Below are positions 53,082 to 61,662 of a DNA stretch of 64,000 nucleotides, one piece after another. Location: contig CAVRMM010000002.1 in the NCBI GenBank assembly GCA_963722525.1, positions 2,985,621 through 3,049,620 on the forward strand, written 5' to 3'. A program made the position numbers and the translations under genes. Positions within the stretch are counted from its first letter, which is position 1. Every line of letters begins with the position of its first letter. This stretch comes from an uncultured Actinomycetes bacterium (lineage in GTDB: Bacteria > Actinomycetota > Thermoleophilia > Gaiellales > F1-60-MAGs149). The notes below the pieces were generated by a model, which saw only the letters and a list, made by a program, of their open reading frames with translations, was not told where the DNA came from and searched no databases.

Positions 53082-53091
53082 GCCGACGACG

Positions 53092-53529
53092 TTAGTACGC
53101 GCGGATCATCGCCTTCATGCCGAACGCCTCGTGCGAGTCGGCCGTGCCCTCGAACAACGAGCAGTACACGCGGTAGCGGCCCGGCTTCAAGTGGACGCTG
53201 AAGACCACCTCGCCCGGCTTGGTGCCGCTCTTCGCGACCACGCCGCGCGAGGCGATGATCCGGCCGGTGGTGTCGGCGACCGTCAGGTCGTGGTCGTCCA
53301 TGCCGAGGTTGTACACGTGGATCCGCACCGACCCGGCCCGGAAGTTCAGGTGCCCGGGGCGCACCGCCCACTCCGTCTCGTTGACGGCCATCGACCGCCA
53401 CAGCTTCACGTTCGGCGGCGGCGCGTGGGTGCGGTGCTTGCGCGCCTCGGCGGCCAGCGGCAGGACGGCCGTGGGCGCCGCCAGCACGGCGGCGCCCACG
53501 AGACCCAGTCGGAGACGGTGGCTGGTCAC
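53092..53529 (-). CDS. Secreted cupredoxin (type 1 copper) protein
   Basis: C-terminal part of ORF 53092..54255 from GTG 53529: signal peptide, N.G.DDHDL, LKPGRY.VYC...H...GM; start overlaps DUF1501 stop. Confidence 0.82.
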   Translation of the reverse strand: MTSHRLRLGLVGAAVLAAPTAVLPLAAEARKHRTHAPPPNVKLWRSMAVNETEWAVRPGHLNFRAGSVRIHVYNLGMDDHDLTVADTTGRIIASRGVVAKSGTKPGEVVFSVHLKPGRYRVYCSLFEGTADSHEAFGMKAMIRAY

Positions 53530-55052
53530 GCCGCCTTGAGCAGCTTGCTCGTGCCGTCGAAGCGGTTGATCGAGCCGGCCGGCAGGTCCGGGAGGTAGGA
53601 GGCCGGGTTCGTCTGGAACCACTCCTGGAAGATCGCCTTGTAGACGTGCCGGAAGTCGGTCGACACGCGCAGGTCGCCGTTGTCGGTGAGGCTGTTCAGG
53701 TTCGACGGCTGGCTCGCGAGCCCGCCCTTCACCCGGTTGCCGAGCACCATCATCGGCCCGCCGGCGCCGTGGTCGGTGCCGCCCGAGTCGTTCGAGTCGA
53801 CGCGGCGGCCGAACTCGGAGAACACGACCGTCATCACCTGGTCGCCGACCCCGCGGGCGTTCAGGTCGGCCTGGAAGGCGGCGAGCGCCGAGCCGAGCAC
53901 GGCGAGCTGCGGATCCATCGAGCTGACCTGGTCGCCGTGCGTGTCGAAGCTGCCCCAGTCGAGCGTCACGACGCGCGTCCCGAGCGGTGCGGCGAGCAGC
54001 TGCGCGGCGAGGCGGAGCCGGTTCGACAGGTACGAGTCCGGATACGCCGCCGGCGAACCGGCCGGATGCAGGTTGCGCACCTTGTTCGAGATCGACGTGG
54101 TGAGGCCGAACGACTGCCGGCTCCGGGCCAGCGCGGCGTTCGACTTCGTGGCGCCGACCCTGGCCAGCTTGTCGATCTGCAGGTTCGCGCTGTTGGCCGG
54201 CGTGACGACGTTGCGGACGTCGAACTGGATGCCCTGCAGGCCGTTCAGCGCGCACACGGGCGCCCGCGACGTGCGGATCTGCTTCGACAGCGACGAGTCG
54301 AGCGAGATGGCCTGCAGCGGGTTCAGCTGCGAGCCCTCGCGATCGAGGTAGCGGCCGATCCAGCCGGTGGTCTGCTTCTTCAGGGCACCCGCGAACCAGT
54401 AGTCGCGCGAGTCGAAGTGCGAGTGGTTGGCCGGGTTGTAGTCGGCGGCCGGGAAGACGGCCAGGTTCGAGCCCGCGCCGCCGGAGCCGTCGCCGAACAG
54501 CGTGTCGAGCCCGCCGGCGCCCGCCGGGATGCCCGCCATGGTGTACAGCTGGTTGTTCATCGCGCCGGAGAGCAGCGGGTTGGCGAACCCGATCGTGCCG
54601 CCGGCGGAGCCCGCGAACGGCGTGGCGCCGACCTGCTGCAGGTTCACCGACGGGCCCTGCAGCCGCGCGATGTTGGCGCGCTGCGCCATGTACCGGCCGT
54701 ACTGCCCGGCCTCCTGCGGCACGAACATGTTCAGGCTGTCCGCCCCACCCTGCAGGTAGATCAGCACCAGCTTGCGGGCGTTCGGGTTCTCCGCCGCCTC
54801 GGCCGCCGCCGCCTGCCAGATGCGGTTCCAGTCGAGCTGGGTGGCGGAGTAGATCGCCGCCATGCCGGCGACGCCGTTGACGAGCGCGGCGCGACGGTTG
54901 TACCGGCGTGCCCCGGGCACCTCCGCCGCTCCGCCCACGATCGCCTCGGTCGGGATCTCGAGCCGTTGGCTCGGGCGGAGGTCGGTGACCCGGCTATCGG
55001 ATCGCTCGCAGTCGGCGCACTTCAGCGCCTCGTTTCCATCAATGGTCGCCAT
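53526..55052 (-). CDS. DUF1501-family protein with Tat-like motif
   Basis: NRRAAL plus hydrophobic stretch; LV.I.L.GG.D.LN, SHFDS, TGW.GR, FDTH, SEFGRR, GTDHG, DFR.VY. Confidence 0.9.
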   Translation of the reverse strand: MATIDGNEALKCADCERSDSRVTDLRPSQRLEIPTEAIVGGAAEVPGARRYNRRAALVNGVAGMAAIYSATQLDWNRIWQAAAAEAAENPNARKLVLIYLQGGADSLNMFVPQEAGQYGRYMAQRANIARLQGPSVNLQQVGATPFAGSAGGTIGFANPLLSGAMNNQLYTMAGIPAGAGGLDTLFGDGSGGAGSNLAVFPAADYNPANHSHFDSRDYWFAGALKKQTTGWIGRYLDREGSQLNPLQAISLDSSLSKQIRTSRAPVCALNGLQGIQFDVRNVVTPANSANLQIDKLARVGATKSNAALARSRQSFGLTTSISNKVRNLHPAGSPAAYPDSYLSNRLRLAAQLLAAPLGTRVVTLDWGSFDTHGDQVSSMDPQLAVLGSALAAFQADLNARGVGDQVMTVVFSEFGRRVDSNDSGGTDHGAGGPMMVLGNRVKGGLASQPSNLNSLTDNGDLRVSTDFRHVYKAIFQEWFQTNPASYLPDLPAGSINRFDGTSKLLKAA

Positions 55053-56513
55053 TTACATCACCTGAGCGTCGGGGCCAGCAAGGACGAGCGCGCGGATCAT
55101 GCGCTGCCGCTCGATGCGGAGATCGGTACGGCCGGACGGCGCCCGTGCGGCGTAGTCCTTGATCGTTTTGTGGGAGCCGGTGGCGACCCACGGCCGGCCG
55201 ATCTCGCGCAGCGCGCGATCGACGGCCTGCGGTGCGGTCTCGCCCGGACGGTCCTTCGGTGCCTTGCGGTCGAGCAACTCGCCGGCGAGGGCGAAGCGCG
55301 ACAGCACGGTGTTGGTGTTCAGCCACGAGAGGCCGCCCTCCCAGCCGGAGACGTTCGGCGGGTTGTAGGGCAGCTGGCCCATGCGCTCGAGGAACTCGTA
55401 CGCGGTCTGGTCCTTGACGCCGAGGCCGAACGCGCGGTGCAGGCCGACGACGTAGACGATCGGCGGCTTGACCATGTTCGGCTCGGAGATCGACTCGAAC
55501 ATCAGCTTGTGGCTGAGGATCTTCCGCAGGACCGGGCGCAGCCGCAGCCCGGGCCGGCCCCGGACCGGCGTCAGGTACGTCTTCACCAGGTCGTTCATCG
55601 TGGTCGCGTCGGGCGGCGTGACGATGAACTCGTGCCACAGCTTGCGCAGCAGGAAGCGCGCGTGCGTGTCGTACGGCTTGCGGGCGTCGGCGGTGCTGCG
55701 GGCGGGCCGCTTCAGCACCAGCTCGACGGCGTCCTTCTCCGGGCGGTACTGCGGATCGCCGCGGCGGTAGGCGACGAAGTTGCCCTGCACGCCGAACGCC
55801 ATCTTCATGCCGTTCGACCAGCGGTTCGGGTTGAACTGGCTGCGCGGGTTGTCCGGGTCGTGCTCGTCGATCGTCCAGCCGGTGAACGACTTCGCGAGGT
55901 GCTTGACCTCGACCTCGGTGTAGCAGAAGCGCCCCTTCTCGTCCCGGACGCCGAGGCAGAACAGCTCCATCAGCTCGCGGGCGTAGTTCTCGTTCGAGTG
56001 GCCGCGGACGTTGTCCTCGCCCGTCAGGTAGCGGAGCATCGACGGGTCGACGGTGACGTCGTTGACGAGGTCGCGGAAGCTCGCGTTCGGGTTGGCGCCG
56101 AAGTTCGAGTACTTGCGGAACAGGTCGGCTTGCTTGCGCAGCATCTGCTGCGAGGGGCCGCCGTCGCGCCCGTTCGCGAAGTGCCGGTGCCAGAAGAACG
56201 CCATGCGCTCCGGGAACGGGTTCGTCGAGCGGATCATCCGGTCGACCCACTCGAGCACCAGGTCGACGTCCTCGGCGGTCGGGTCGAGCCGCTGGCCGTC
56301 ACGCGTCGGGGTTGGGCCCTTCAGCGCCGGCTTGGTGTTCAGGAACCAGTCGACGAGCGACACCACCGGCTTGTTCTTCCACTTCGCGCGGTCGGCCTCG
56401 GTCGGCCCGAACCCGGCGCGCCAGAAGAGCCGGTCGATCATCGGCACCGTCAGGCGCAGGACCTTCTTCTTCTTTTTCTTCCTTCTCTTCTTCTTGGCGT
56501 GCATCCCGCTCAT
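55053..56513 (-). CDS. DUF1800-family protein
   Basis: RAGFG, ERM.FFWH.HF, PSML.YL, NENYARELMELFCLG, FTGW, PPNV.GW. Confidence 0.92.
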   Translation of the reverse strand: MSGMHAKKKRRKKKKKKVLRLTVPMIDRLFWRAGFGPTEADRAKWKNKPVVSLVDWFLNTKPALKGPTPTRDGQRLDPTAEDVDLVLEWVDRMIRSTNPFPERMAFFWHRHFANGRDGGPSQQMLRKQADLFRKYSNFGANPNASFRDLVNDVTVDPSMLRYLTGEDNVRGHSNENYARELMELFCLGVRDEKGRFCYTEVEVKHLAKSFTGWTIDEHDPDNPRSQFNPNRWSNGMKMAFGVQGNFVAYRRGDPQYRPEKDAVELVLKRPARSTADARKPYDTHARFLLRKLWHEFIVTPPDATTMNDLVKTYLTPVRGRPGLRLRPVLRKILSHKLMFESISEPNMVKPPIVYVVGLHRAFGLGVKDQTAYEFLERMGQLPYNPPNVSGWEGGLSWLNTNTVLSRFALAGELLDRKAPKDRPGETAPQAVDRALREIGRPWVATGSHKTIKDYAARAPSGRTDLRIERQRMIRALVLAGPDAQVM

Positions 56514-56562
56514 GAGCCGATCCCCCCTTGTCGCATCCGGACCTTCCGTTGTCCTGTGCGAC

Positions 56563-59500
56563 TCATGGCCGCACCTCGAGCGTGATCGTGGTCTTCGTCC
56601 TGGCCGTCCTGGAGCCGGTCAGGGCCTTGCCCGACAGGCGGATGAGGTACGTGCCGGGCCGCCGCAGCGCGGGCGGCAGGCGCAGGTCGAGCGCCACGCG
56701 GCCGTTGCGCAGCACCGCCGCGGTGACGCTGGTGGCGACGGCGGTGCCCAGCAGGGCCTCCGCCTTGGCCGTGCCGAGCCCGACCCCGCGGGCGTTGACG
56801 CGGAAGGCGTACCCGGTCGGCGCGAGCGCCGCGGCCGAGACGATGATCCGCTTGCCGAGCGGCGTGACCACCGGCGCCTTGCGGCAGCCCTTGTTCTTGG
56901 CGGCTGCGGCGCGGACGCTGCCGCCCGCGTTCGACACCCAGCCGACGGGCGGGCTGAGGGCGACCACCGAGTAGCGCACGGCCACGCACGCGAGCGGCTT
57001 CGGCACCCGCAGCGGCCCGGCGACGCCGGCCGTCGAGACGAGCAGGCCGGTCTGCGGGCCGTTCTGTGCGATCAGGCCGACGCGGGCAGCCTCGGGGCTG
57101 CGGAGCGAGAACGAGACGTTGGCCTTGGCCAGCGCCACGTCGGACGGGGACTGCTCCGCCAGCTGGGCGCCCTCGAGGCCGCCGGGGATGCCGACGCCGC
57201 CGCCGGTCGCGACGAACCGCGAGCCGTCGAGCACGCCGTCGTCCGACCAGACGCGCACCATGCCGCCGTCGCCGCCGGGACCCGCGGTGTCCTGCGGACC
57301 GGAGCCGTCGCCGCCCGTGGTCTCGATGCCCTGCAGCGCGCCGACGCGCCGCGCGATGATGTCGACCGCGCCGCCGCGGCCGCCGGCCGCGCCGTTGATG
57401 ACGCCGGCACCGGGGGCACCGGCCCGTCCGCCGAGGGCGGTGACGCCCTGGGCGAGCGTGAGCGTGCCGTCCGCCGCGCGCAGCGTGACGCGGCCCGCGG
57501 GGCCGCCCACGTAGCCGGGCAGGCCCGCGCTCGGCGCGGCCGAGCCCTGGCCGCCATCGGCCTGCACCGCGCCGACGACCGTCAGATCGCCCGTCGCGTC
57601 GAGCTTGATCGGTCCGCCGGCGCCGCCGCGGTTCCCGCCCGCGCCGGCCGGCGTGGCCACGCCGGCGACGTCGATGTCGGCCGCGGTGATGTCGACGCCG
57701 CCGCCACCGTTGCCGGCGCCGCGACCGCTGCCGCTGCCGCCGCGGAAGCTGAGCGCACCGACGTCGAGCCGGCCGGTGAGACGCGCGACGACCGCGCCGC
57801 CGTGGCCGCCGTTGGCATTGGCGCCGGCGGTGGTGCCGGCGCCGCCGTCACCGGTGATGGTGCCGATCGTCGCGTCGTGCGCGAGCAGGTCGATGCGCGA
57901 GCCGTGGCTGCCGCGGAGGCCGCCGTTGGCACCGCCGGCGGCGATCGCGCCCGCCGTCAGGGTGTTGCCGGCGCGCAGGTAGACGGCGCCGGCGTCGCTG
58001 GCCGCGGCGTTCGCTCCGGCGGGCGTGCCGCTGGCGTCTACCGTGTTCTGCACGTGGAGGTCGCCGAACGCGACCAGCCGCGCGCGGCCCGACCGGCCGC
58101 CGGTCGAGGCGCCGGGCGTACCGCCGGTCACGTCGACGCTGCCGACGGCGACGTCGTCCGCCGTCACCGTGACGAGGCCGCCCGGACCGCCGGCACCGAC
58201 GCCGGCGCCGCTGCCGCCGGACGGCGCGAGGGCGCCGGGCGTCGTGAAGGCGCCGGTGGTCGAGACGTCGATCGTGCCGCCCCGGCCGCCGTTGGAGTTG
58301 CCGGTGCCGTTGCCGCCGTTCGCGGAGATGGTGCCGACGTCGAGATTGGGGCCGCGCAGCACGGTGATGCCCGCCGGGCTGCCGCCCGCCGCGCCGTTGG
58401 CGCCGCTGACGTTGATGCCGGCGACGTAGCTGTCGGCACCGGTGGCGATCGCCACCTTGCCGCCGGCCGTCGCGCCGTTGCTCGCCGACCCGGTGCCCGA
58501 TGCGTCGAGCGTGCCCGAGACCGTGAGCGGCCCGGTCACCTTGAGCGACATCGCCCCGGTCGGGCCGCCGCTGCCACCCGGCGACGTGCCGCCGGTGACG
58601 TCGACGCCGCCGAAGATGCGCAGGTTGGCGGCCGAGACCACGGCGGTGCCACCGCCGCCGCCGGGGCCCGTGGTGCTGCCGTTGCCGCCGGCGACCGACA
58701 GCCCCTGCAGCACGAGCTCGCCCGCGGTGCCGATGTCGACGACCGCGCCGCGTCCGCCCGGTGCGCCGGGCGTGGTGCCGTTGCCGCCGGTCGCTCCGAA
58801 GCCGCCCAGCACGTCGATCTGCGTTCCGCGCAGCACCACGCTGCCGCCGGCCGAGCCGCGACCGGCGCCGTTGGCGCCCTGGACGCCGATCTGCCCGGTG
58901 ATCAGCAGCGGGCCTCTAGCGCCGGCGGAGACCTTGCCGCCCGGCGCCGCGAGGTTGGTGGTTGAGGGCGAGCCGGCGGCGTCGAGCCCGCCGATCACGC
59001 GCAGCGATCCGGCCGTCGCGCTGAGCGAGATCTGGCCGCCCGCGCCGGCGAACCCGCCGCCTGCGTCACCGCCGCTGACGGCGATGCCGCCGCCGATCTG
59101 GAGCCGCGGGCCGCTGACGAGGACCACGCCGCCGCGGCCGGCCGGACCTGCCGCGCCGGCGCCGTTGCCGCCGGTCGCCGCGAGCGAGGGAAGCAGGACG
59201 CGCCCGGTGCCGACGACGTCGATCTTGCCGCCGTGCCCGCCCGGCGGGCTGACGGCGGCGAGGGTGCCGTTGCCGGCGGTCGCCGCGAGGCTCGAGGCGA
59301 CGATCGACGAGCCGCGCAGGCGGACCGTGCCGCCGTTGCCGCCGCCCGCAGGGGCGCTGGCGCCGCTGGCCGAGGCCGCGCCGACGATCAGCTTTCGCGC
59401 CGCGATCACCTCGATCCCGGAGGCCTGGCCGGCCCGGCCGTCGGCGGTTGCGCCGCCACCGTTGGCGGTCAGCGAGCCGACGGTCGCACGGCCGCGCGCG

Positions 59501-60351
59501 CCGACGCGGATCGCGCCGGCGTTGCCGCCCGACCGCTCGGCCGTCGAGCCGCCGCTGGTCTGGATGTTGCCGACGCGCACGTCGCCGCCGCGGACCGTGA
59601 CGCCACCGCCGAAGCCGCCGATCAGGCCGGCGCCGCCGTTGGAGCCGTCCGCGAGGATGCTGGAGCGGACCGAGATGTTCCCGGCCGATGAGACGACGCC
59701 GACGGCGCCGGCCGATGGGGCCCGGCCGGCTGGAGCGGGACCGCCGGTGTAGGGCCGGACGTCGACGTCGGCGCCGACGCTGACGCCACGCGCGCCGACC
59801 AGGGTGACGGAAGCACCCGGGGCGCTCACCGACTGCAGTCGCAGGAGCCCGCCGGTGGCGAGCGTGACGGCGCCGGACGGCAGGCCGCCGGTCGCCGCGG
59901 TGTTGATGGCGCCGCCGAGGGTGACGGCGGCACCGCTGACGAACAGCGCTCCGCCGAGCCGCGCCTGGCCGCTGCCGCCCTGCAGCGAGATGGGCGGCGT
60001 GATCTGCACGGCGCCGCGCGCGCGGATGGTCAGCGAGCGGCCGTTCGTGCAGCCGGCCGGGTTCCCCGCCTCGAGCGGATTCATCGGGTCCGGCACCCAG
60101 CAGCTCTGCAGCTGCGCGCGCGGGCCGATGTACAGCGAGTCGACGTTCAGGACCGTGTTGCCGGTCAGGCGCACCGTCGTGTTGATGTAGACCTTCGCGT
60201 AGGTCAGGGTGCCCTGCAGCAGCGGGGCGGGGTCGCCGTCGAGGACCACCAGATCCTCGGCCGCCTGCGCGCTGGCGGGCGCGGCGAAGGCGCCGAGCAG
60301 GCACCCGAGGACGGCGAGGCGTTGGAGCGGGAACTTCGATTGTCGAGGCAC
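56563..60351 (-). CDS. Large secreted Gly-rich repeat protein (PGRS-like) with basic C-terminal domain
   Basis: Signal peptide ending PASAQA; many (A/T)GG.G...GG.GG.(V/I).(L/I) units; start inferred at GTG 60351. Confidence 0.85.
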   Translation of the reverse strand: MPRQSKFPLQRLAVLGCLLGAFAAPASAQAAEDLVVLDGDPAPLLQGTLTYAKVYINTTVRLTGNTVLNVDSLYIGPRAQLQSCWVPDPMNPLEAGNPAGCTNGRSLTIRARGAVQITPPISLQGGSGQARLGGALFVSGAAVTLGGAINTAATGGLPSGAVTLATGGLLRLQSVSAPGASVTLVGARGVSVGADVDVRPYTGGPAPAGRAPSAGAVGVVSSAGNISVRSSILADGSNGGAGLIGGFGGGVTVRGGDVRVGNIQTSGGSTAERSGGNAGAIRVGARGRATVGSLTANGGGATADGRAGQASGIEVIAARKLIVGAASASGASAPAGGGNGGTVRLRGSSIVASSLAATAGNGTLAAVSPPGGHGGKIDVVGTGRVLLPSLAATGGNGAGAAGPAGRGGVVLVSGPRLQIGGGIAVSGGDAGGGFAGAGGQISLSATAGSLRVIGGLDAAGSPSTTNLAAPGGKVSAGARGPLLITGQIGVQGANGAGRGSAGGSVVLRGTQIDVLGGFGATGGNGTTPGAPGGRGAVVDIGTAGELVLQGLSVAGGNGSTTGPGGGGGTAVVSAANLRIFGGVDVTGGTSPGGSGGPTGAMSLKVTGPLTVSGTLDASGTGSASNGATAGGKVAIATGADSYVAGINVSGANGAAGGSPAGITVLRGPNLDVGTISANGGNGTGNSNGGRGGTIDVSTTGAFTTPGALAPSGGSGAGVGAGGPGGLVTVTADDVAVGSVDVTGGTPGASTGGRSGRARLVAFGDLHVQNTVDASGTPAGANAAASDAGAVYLRAGNTLTAGAIAAGGANGGLRGSHGSRIDLLAHDATIGTITGDGGAGTTAGANANGGHGGAVVARLTGRLDVGALSFRGGSGSGRGAGNGGGGVDITAADIDVAGVATPAGAGGNRGGAGGPIKLDATGDLTVVGAVQADGGQGSAAPSAGLPGYVGGPAGRVTLRAADGTLTLAQGVTALGGRAGAPGAGVINGAAGGRGGAVDIIARRVGALQGIETTGGDGSGPQDTAGPGGDGGMVRVWSDDGVLDGSRFVATGGGVGIPGGLEGAQLAEQSPSDVALAKANVSFSLRSPEAARVGLIAQNGPQTGLLVSTAGVAGPLRVPKPLACVAVRYSVVALSPPVGWVSNAGGSVRAAAAKNKGCRKAPVVTPLGKRIIVSAAALAPTGYAFRVNARGVGLGTAKAEALLGTAVATSVTAAVLRNGRVALDLRLPPALRRPGTYLIRLSGKALTGSRTARTKTTITLEVRP

Positions 60352-60420
60352 AGCTAGCTGAGCTACCGATCTCCGTAGGGGTCCGCGGCGCGAGCGGGAA
60401 CAGACCGCTCGACCCTCTAC

Positions 60421-60446
60421 ATCGGCTGGAGTGCCTGGGGACTTCA
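60421..60446 (-). promoter_or_regulatory. Sigma-28 (FliA/WhiG)-like promoter TGAAG-N15-GCCGAT
   Basis: About 70 nt upstream of the Gly-rich gene; same spacing as the motif before the Hcp-like gene. Confidence 0.55.
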
Positions 60447-60495
60447 TCACCCTGGCGAGCGACGCCTCGACTGGGTAACGGTAACTTTCAGGAGA

Positions 60496-61584
60496 TTAAG
60501 CGCGGAGTGCGAGCCCGGGTCTGTTCATCCGGAACAGCTCGGGTGGTGGCGTCCCCTCGACCAGGTCCGCGATCACCTCGCCCAGCGCGGGCGAGAACAT
60601 GAAACCGTGCCCGGAGCAGGCTCCGGCCAGCACCGTCGCCCCGCGCCGGTCGAGCAGGAAGTGCCCGTCGGCCGTGTGCGTGGCGGGGCAGCGCTCGGTG
60701 CGCACCGGCCGCGGCCCGAGCGCCACGAACCGGTCGGCGACGCGCCGGGCCAGCGCCAGCGCCTCGGCGTGGTCGGGCCGGCGCTCCTCGTCGTCGGCGA
60801 TCCAGCTCGCGGTGGGATGCAGGCCGACCTGGTAGCCGCTGCCGGCGATCGGCAGGCCGTAGGCCGCCTCGGTGCCGTCGTGGTCCCACTCGATCAGGCA
60901 CGGGCGCGCGTCCCAGCCGGTGCCGCGGAACACGGAGGCCTGCGACATCGCCGACTCGATCTGCTGCTCCATCCCCAGCGGGCGCAGCAGGTCGTTCAGC
61001 CACGGGCCGGTTGCGACCACTGCGACGTCGACCTCGAGGCGGCGCGTCGTCGTGCGGATGACGGCGCCGTCGGTGGACGCATCGATCGCGACGACGTCCT
61101 CGCCGGTCGCGATCTCGGCACCGGCGCGGGCCGCCAGGTCGGCCTGCACCAGCAGGCAGTCCCGGGCCGCGAGCACGCCGGCCGCCGGCTGCCAGCGGGC
61201 GGGCTGGCCCAGCCGTGGCGTCAGGCCGGGAAAGAGGTCCGGCGCCTCGGCGCCGTCCAGCTCGATCACCGTGGCGTGCTCGGCCCGCAGGGCGGCGACG
61301 ATCTCGTCGTGCGGGCCGCCCACCTCGAGCAGGCCGGTGGCGCGCAGCAGCCCGGCCCCGTCGCGGCGCTCCAGCTCGCGCCAGTGCAGCAGCGCGCGCC
61401 GCGCCAGGCGCACGTACTCCGGCCGGGCGTGGGCGAGCCGGAAGATGCGATGCCCGTGGGCCGAGGAGCCGAGGTCGTTCGCGACACCGTGGCGATCGAT
61501 GCCGATGACACGATGGCCCCGTTCCGCGAGCACTCTGGTCGCGGCCACGCCCATCGCCCCGAGCCCGATGACGCACACCCGCAC
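60496..61584 (-). CDS. Monomeric sarcosine oxidase/SolA-like FAD oxidoreductase
   Basis: VIGLGAMG, GSS....RIFR.A, T.DGHF.LD, ACSGHGF.FSP..G. Confidence 0.88.
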   Translation of the reverse strand: MRVCVIGLGAMGVAATRVLAERGHRVIGIDRHGVANDLGSSAHGHRIFRLAHARPEYVRLARRALLHWRELERRDGAGLLRATGLLEVGGPHDEIVAALRAEHATVIELDGAEAPDLFPGLTPRLGQPARWQPAAGVLAARDCLLVQADLAARAGAEIATGEDVVAIDASTDGAVIRTTTRRLEVDVAVVATGPWLNDLLRPLGMEQQIESAMSQASVFRGTGWDARPCLIEWDHDGTEAAYGLPIAGSGYQVGLHPTASWIADDEERRPDHAEALALARRVADRFVALGPRPVRTERCPATHTADGHFLLDRRGATVLAGACSGHGFMFSPALGEVIADLVEGTPPPELFRMNRPGLALRA

Positions 61585-61662
61585 GCAACAGAGGCTACCA
61601 ACCGGGTCGGACCACGTGGCGCCCGCCCGCTCCGGTGCTGGGAGCGGGCGGACGCGGGCGGA

